DNA of 64,000 nt. Source: Patescibacteria group bacterium. Its GTDB lineage: Bacteria; Patescibacteriota; Patescibacteriia; Patescibacteriales; WJLG01. The stretch's first letter is position 1. Every line of letters starts with the position of its first letter. The translations under genes were made by a program, and so were the position numbers. Below the pieces are notes generated by a model. It had not been told where the DNA came from. It ran no database searches and saw nothing but the letters and a program-made list of their open reading frames with translations. This document shows, one piece after another, positions 61,074-64,000 of the stretch. The stretch spans positions 7,367 through 71,366 of the forward strand of contig JAQTUZ010000006.1 of NCBI GenBank assembly GCA_028707065.1. The letters are read 5' to 3'.

Positions 61074-63290
61074 TTATTTATTGGTAATTTGATTTTCCGT
61101 TTCCGTAGGTTTTTGCTTCACGCCCGTCATCAAGCTCAATCCAAACCACTTCTCCGGCAAAAGCGCCAAAAGATTCTTGGTCACGGTGATCGCCGAGAAA
61201 AGCGACATCACCACGCCGAAAAGCAAAGTAATGGCAAAACCCTTGACAATGCTAGTCGAGAAGAACATCAGCACCAAACAAGTCAGGATGGTGGCAATAT
61301 GACCGTCGCGAATGGAAAGCCAGGCACGATTAAAACCCAGTTCGATGGCTTTCGCCGCCGGCTTGCCGTAACGCAATTCTTCTTTGAATCTTTCAAAAAT
61401 CAAAATGTTGGCATCGACGGCCATGCCGATCGACAAGATAAATCCGGCCATACCCGGCAAAGTCAGAGTGACCGGCAATTGCGCCAGGCTGGGCATAGTG
61501 AAACAGCCGATGATCAATAGTACAAATCCGAGCAGGGCCAATGCCAAAGCCCCCCCGGTTAGCTGGAAAAATATCATTACAAAAGCGATCAAGACCAAAA
61601 GCATGATGCCCCAGACTTTAAAAATAGCCAGCAACAAAATGGAATAAATCGCCAAAGCCAAGACCGAAACCAAACCGGGCAAACGATAATAGAAGATCAT
61701 GAACAACGCGACCAACAAGACTCCCCACAATCCGGCTTGCAAACTGTTGGCCACTGAAACTTTTCCCAAAGTAGCGCCTACGGTTTGCTGGCTGACCAAG
61801 GTTATCGGCACGGGCAAAGCGCCGGCGTTCAAACTTTGCGATAAGGCATTAGCCTTGGCCACGGTGAAATTTCCGGTGATCACGGCACTGCCGCCGGAAA
61901 TCTTGGTATCCACGGTCGGCGCGCTGATAACTTCGCCATCCAAAAAAATGGCGATCGGTTTGCCGACATTACGGCCGGTCAACTCTTCAAATAAAGCTCC
62001 GCCTTCGTTATCAAAGGCCAAGGAAACTTCCGGCTGGCCGTTCTGATCAAATTGCACGCTGGCGCGCTTTAAATATTTTCCGGTCAGCTTGGTGGCAACC
62101 CAGCTTTGCTCGCCAGCGGCGGTATTAGCCGCGGCTTTGGCGATAAAAATCGTCTGGACTTTATATTCCTCGGCAGATCTTTCGTCTTCTTTATAGATCA
62201 GATGATAACCGAATTTTGTTTCGACTATGAAAGAAATGGTGCCTACTTTCTGCGGAAAAACCGCGTCTTCAAAAGGCTGAACCATCTGGCCTTGCCCGAA
62301 CCAGCCGAGTTCGCCGCCGCTTTGGGCAGCGCCAGGTTCAGTGGAGTTCTTTTTCACCAATTGGGTAAAATTCTGCGGGGTGGCGATCTTGGCCAACTCC
62401 TTGATCTTGGCCAAGGCTTCTTCCTTGGTAGTCGTGGCCGCGCAGCCTTCCGAACCCTGATAACAGATCAGCAAATGGCTGGCCTTCACTTCCTTTTTCG
62501 GCTGATTGGTAATTTGATTGGTAGCCGCGCGCTTATCCAACAATTTAGCGATGATGTACCCTTGACTCGTTTCGACAATATCGGTCGCGGCGCCGATCTT
62601 CAAACCGGCCAGTTTTACCGCCAATTCCGGAGCCTTTCCCGCGTCAATCCAATTTCCGGCCGCGGTAGAACTGGCGCTTTCATTATATTGCGCGGCGATC
62701 TTGGTGAAATCGCCATTAGAAATAATTTTACCCAAAGCGGTTTCGGCTTTTTTCAAAGCCGCCGCGTTCTGATCTTTTATTTTTTGCGCCTCGGCCGCGG
62801 TCGATGACGGAGTTCCTTGTTCCTTGAATTCCAAGATCGGCGTCTCGCCGATGATCTTGATGGCTTCGTCGATATTCTTTACCCCGGCCAATTCCACCAC
62901 GATCCGGTAATCTTCGCCGGCCGATTTCTGCACCTGGACCAATGGTTCGGAAACGCCATAAGCATTGACTCTTCTTTCAATGACATCGCGAACGCCTTGC
63001 GCCGCCGAGGCTTCATCGCCAACCGGCACCTGGGAAACATCAGCTTTATAGATCAGCTGGGTTCCGCCTTGCAAATCCAAACCCAGGCGGAAAGGCACGA
63101 ATTTGGCATGAGGCAATTGTACGAAGTCGTTGGTTTTGCCGGCGAGCCAATCCGCTCCTTGATTGTAATAATTTCCAAAGGCGATCAAGCCGGCGGTAAT
63201 GGTTAAGACCAGTAAAATAACCGCGAAGACCTGCCAGAGCTTGCCCTTAGTTGACGGTTGAAATAATTTCTTAAAAATGTTGTCGGCCAT
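61074..63290 (-). CDS. secD: Protein translocase subunit SecD with parvulin-domain insertion
   Basis: LGLDLQGGTQLIY, RRVNAYGVSEPLVQ, IVVELAGV, GKPIAIFLDGEVISAPTV, C-terminal TM bundle with DANILIFERFKEE. Start set to ATG 63290 (MADNIFKK, then the TM helix); the track start at 63569 adds an implausible 93 aa. Confidence 0.92.
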   Translation of the reverse strand: MADNIFKKLFQPSTKGKLWQVFAVILLVLTITAGLIAFGNYYNQGADWLAGKTNDFVQLPHAKFVPFRLGLDLQGGTQLIYKADVSQVPVGDEASAAQGVRDVIERRVNAYGVSEPLVQVQKSAGEDYRIVVELAGVKNIDEAIKIIGETPILEFKEQGTPSSTAAEAQKIKDQNAAALKKAETALGKIISNGDFTKIAAQYNESASSTAAGNWIDAGKAPELAVKLAGLKIGAATDIVETSQGYIIAKLLDKRAATNQITNQPKKEVKASHLLICYQGSEGCAATTTKEEALAKIKELAKIATPQNFTQLVKKNSTEPGAAQSGGELGWFGQGQMVQPFEDAVFPQKVGTISFIVETKFGYHLIYKEDERSAEEYKVQTIFIAKAAANTAAGEQSWVATKLTGKYLKRASVQFDQNGQPEVSLAFDNEGGALFEELTGRNVGKPIAIFLDGEVISAPTVDTKISGGSAVITGNFTVAKANALSQSLNAGALPVPITLVSQQTVGATLGKVSVANSLQAGLWGVLLVALFMIFYYRLPGLVSVLALAIYSILLLAIFKVWGIMLLVLIAFVMIFFQLTGGALALALLGFVLLIIGCFTMPSLAQLPVTLTLPGMAGFILSIGMAVDANILIFERFKEELRYGKPAAKAIELGFNRAWLSIRDGHIATILTCLVLMFFSTSIVKGFAITLLFGVVMSLFSAITVTKNLLALLPEKWFGLSLMTGVKQKPTETENQITNK
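62185..62815 (-). other. PrsA/SurA-like segment inside the SecD P1 domain: one degenerate plus one canonical parvulin PPIase domain
   Basis: Canonical: VKASHLLICYQGSEG...SGGELGWFGQGQMVQPFEDAVFPQKVGTISFIVETKFGYHLIYK. Preceding degenerate copy: FTKIAAQYNESASSTAAGNWIDAGK...IVETSQGYIIAKL. Confidence 0.8.
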
Positions 63291-63447
63291 ATATTTAATC
63301 AATGAGAATTTCCGCCAAAGGCGGATCAGCCCTTGGCTGAAAAAATTATAAATTATAAATATAACAAAAAATAAAAAGGATCGGTTGACACCCTTTAAAC
63401 AAAAAGAATAACGCAAAATGGCTGAAAAAGCAAGAGGAAAAAAAGAC

Positions 63448-63476
63448 TTGACTTTTTTTTGATTTACCACCATAAT
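63448..63476 (+). promoter_or_regulatory. Sigma70-type promoter for the + strand gene at 63539
   Basis: TTGACT (63448-63453), 17 nt, CATAAT (63471-63476); 62 nt upstream of the ATG. Confidence 0.5.
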
Positions 63477-63538
63477 ACCAAAAAACGATGTTCTTTCTGT
63501 CACTAACCAATTATAAACCCATAAAAAAGGAGAAGGAA

Positions 63539-64000
63539 ATGTTGAACACTTCAACCGAAAGATGTCCAAAAACGGCGAAACGGCTCACGATTCCGCCGAT
63601 AATCCCCGGTTTGCCGGCTACCGAAAAAATTATTTTTTACGGGAAAATGTACGGCGAAACATTCTTCATCATCACCACCGCCGATTCAGAGCTGGAAAAA
63701 TTAAATAAACTTTCCTTTTTTTTGGCTCCCAAAATCAATACACCTAAAGATGATAAAAAGGCGACAACTGACACGATCGAAGCAGCGGCAACAACCGACA
63801 CGAAAAAGGCGACAATCGATACGATCGAAGCGAAGGTATATCGCGGTCTTGGTCCGACTCTTGAATCTTTCTCGATAACCGCCGGCTGTAGAATGACCGA
63901 GAGCGACGGCATTCTTTGGTTCTGCAGGGCAAAAGCTGACGAACGCGAGCCCGCAGAAATCAGCATTTCTTTCCGGGAAAATAATTATCTCGTTAACGGC
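63539..64000 (+). CDS. Hypothetical protein, 3' end cut by window edge
   Basis: Not in the ORF track because there is no stop. aaggagaaggaaATG gives a good RBS. Open for 154 codons to the window end (MLNTSTERCPKTAKRLTIPP...). Preferred over the antisense ORF 63637..63966. Confidence 0.5.
   Translation, partial: MLNTSTERCPKTAKRLTIPPIIPGLPATEKIIFYGKMYGETFFIITTADSELEKLNKLSFFLAPKINTPKDDKKATTDTIEAAATTDTKKATIDTIEAKVYRGLGPTLESFSITAGCRMTESDGILWFCRAKADEREPAEISISFRENNYLVNG

Noticed and set aside
63637-63966. Minus-strand ORF (109 aa) at the right end
   Set aside because: There is no RBS or promoter context. The opposite strand has a promoter, a strong aaggag RBS and an ORF open to the window end, so the + strand reading was preferred. 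This remains uncertain.

Overview
The window is a compact bacterial chromosome segment in which almost every gene is on the minus strand, in tight operons. Gene content and style resemble a CPR/Patescibacteria-like genome, but that is inference only. TGA is used as a stop (ileS ends in TGA), which argues for the standard code. Recognisable housekeeping genes are rpoB, a Mur ligase, a FemAB-type peptidyltransferase, ruvA, NIF3, htpX, lemA, ileS, mrdA(PBP2)-mreD-mreC-mreB, proS and secF-secD. The outstanding feature is a co-directional island of about 30 kb (roughly 8.6-38.4 kb, possibly driven from a promoter at 40.2 kb). It holds 15 tandem paralogs that each end in a PEP-utilizing-enzyme phosphohistidine swivel domain. 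It has only one stand-alone PPDK_N/ATP-grasp protein and no PEP/pyruvate TIM-barrel domain anywhere. It also carries histidine-phosphatase-superfamily genes, five paralogous class I methyltransferases and two Cys/Met-family PLP enzymes. I read it as a split, one-to-many PEP-synthase / rifampin-phosphotransferase-like phosphotransfer system with a diversified set of acceptor modules; the substrate is unknown. Other notable items: a complete histidine-phosphatase domain inserted in IleRS, parvulin PPIase domains inserted in the SecD periplasmic domain, and an INS-less ProRS. There are also three families of dispersed palindromic repeats, two of which sit in frame inside essential genes, and seven near-consensus TTGACA-17-TAnAAT promoters. 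No rRNA, tRNA, CRISPR array, integrase or transposase was found. All calls come from reading the translations and the DNA by eye; no database search was run.
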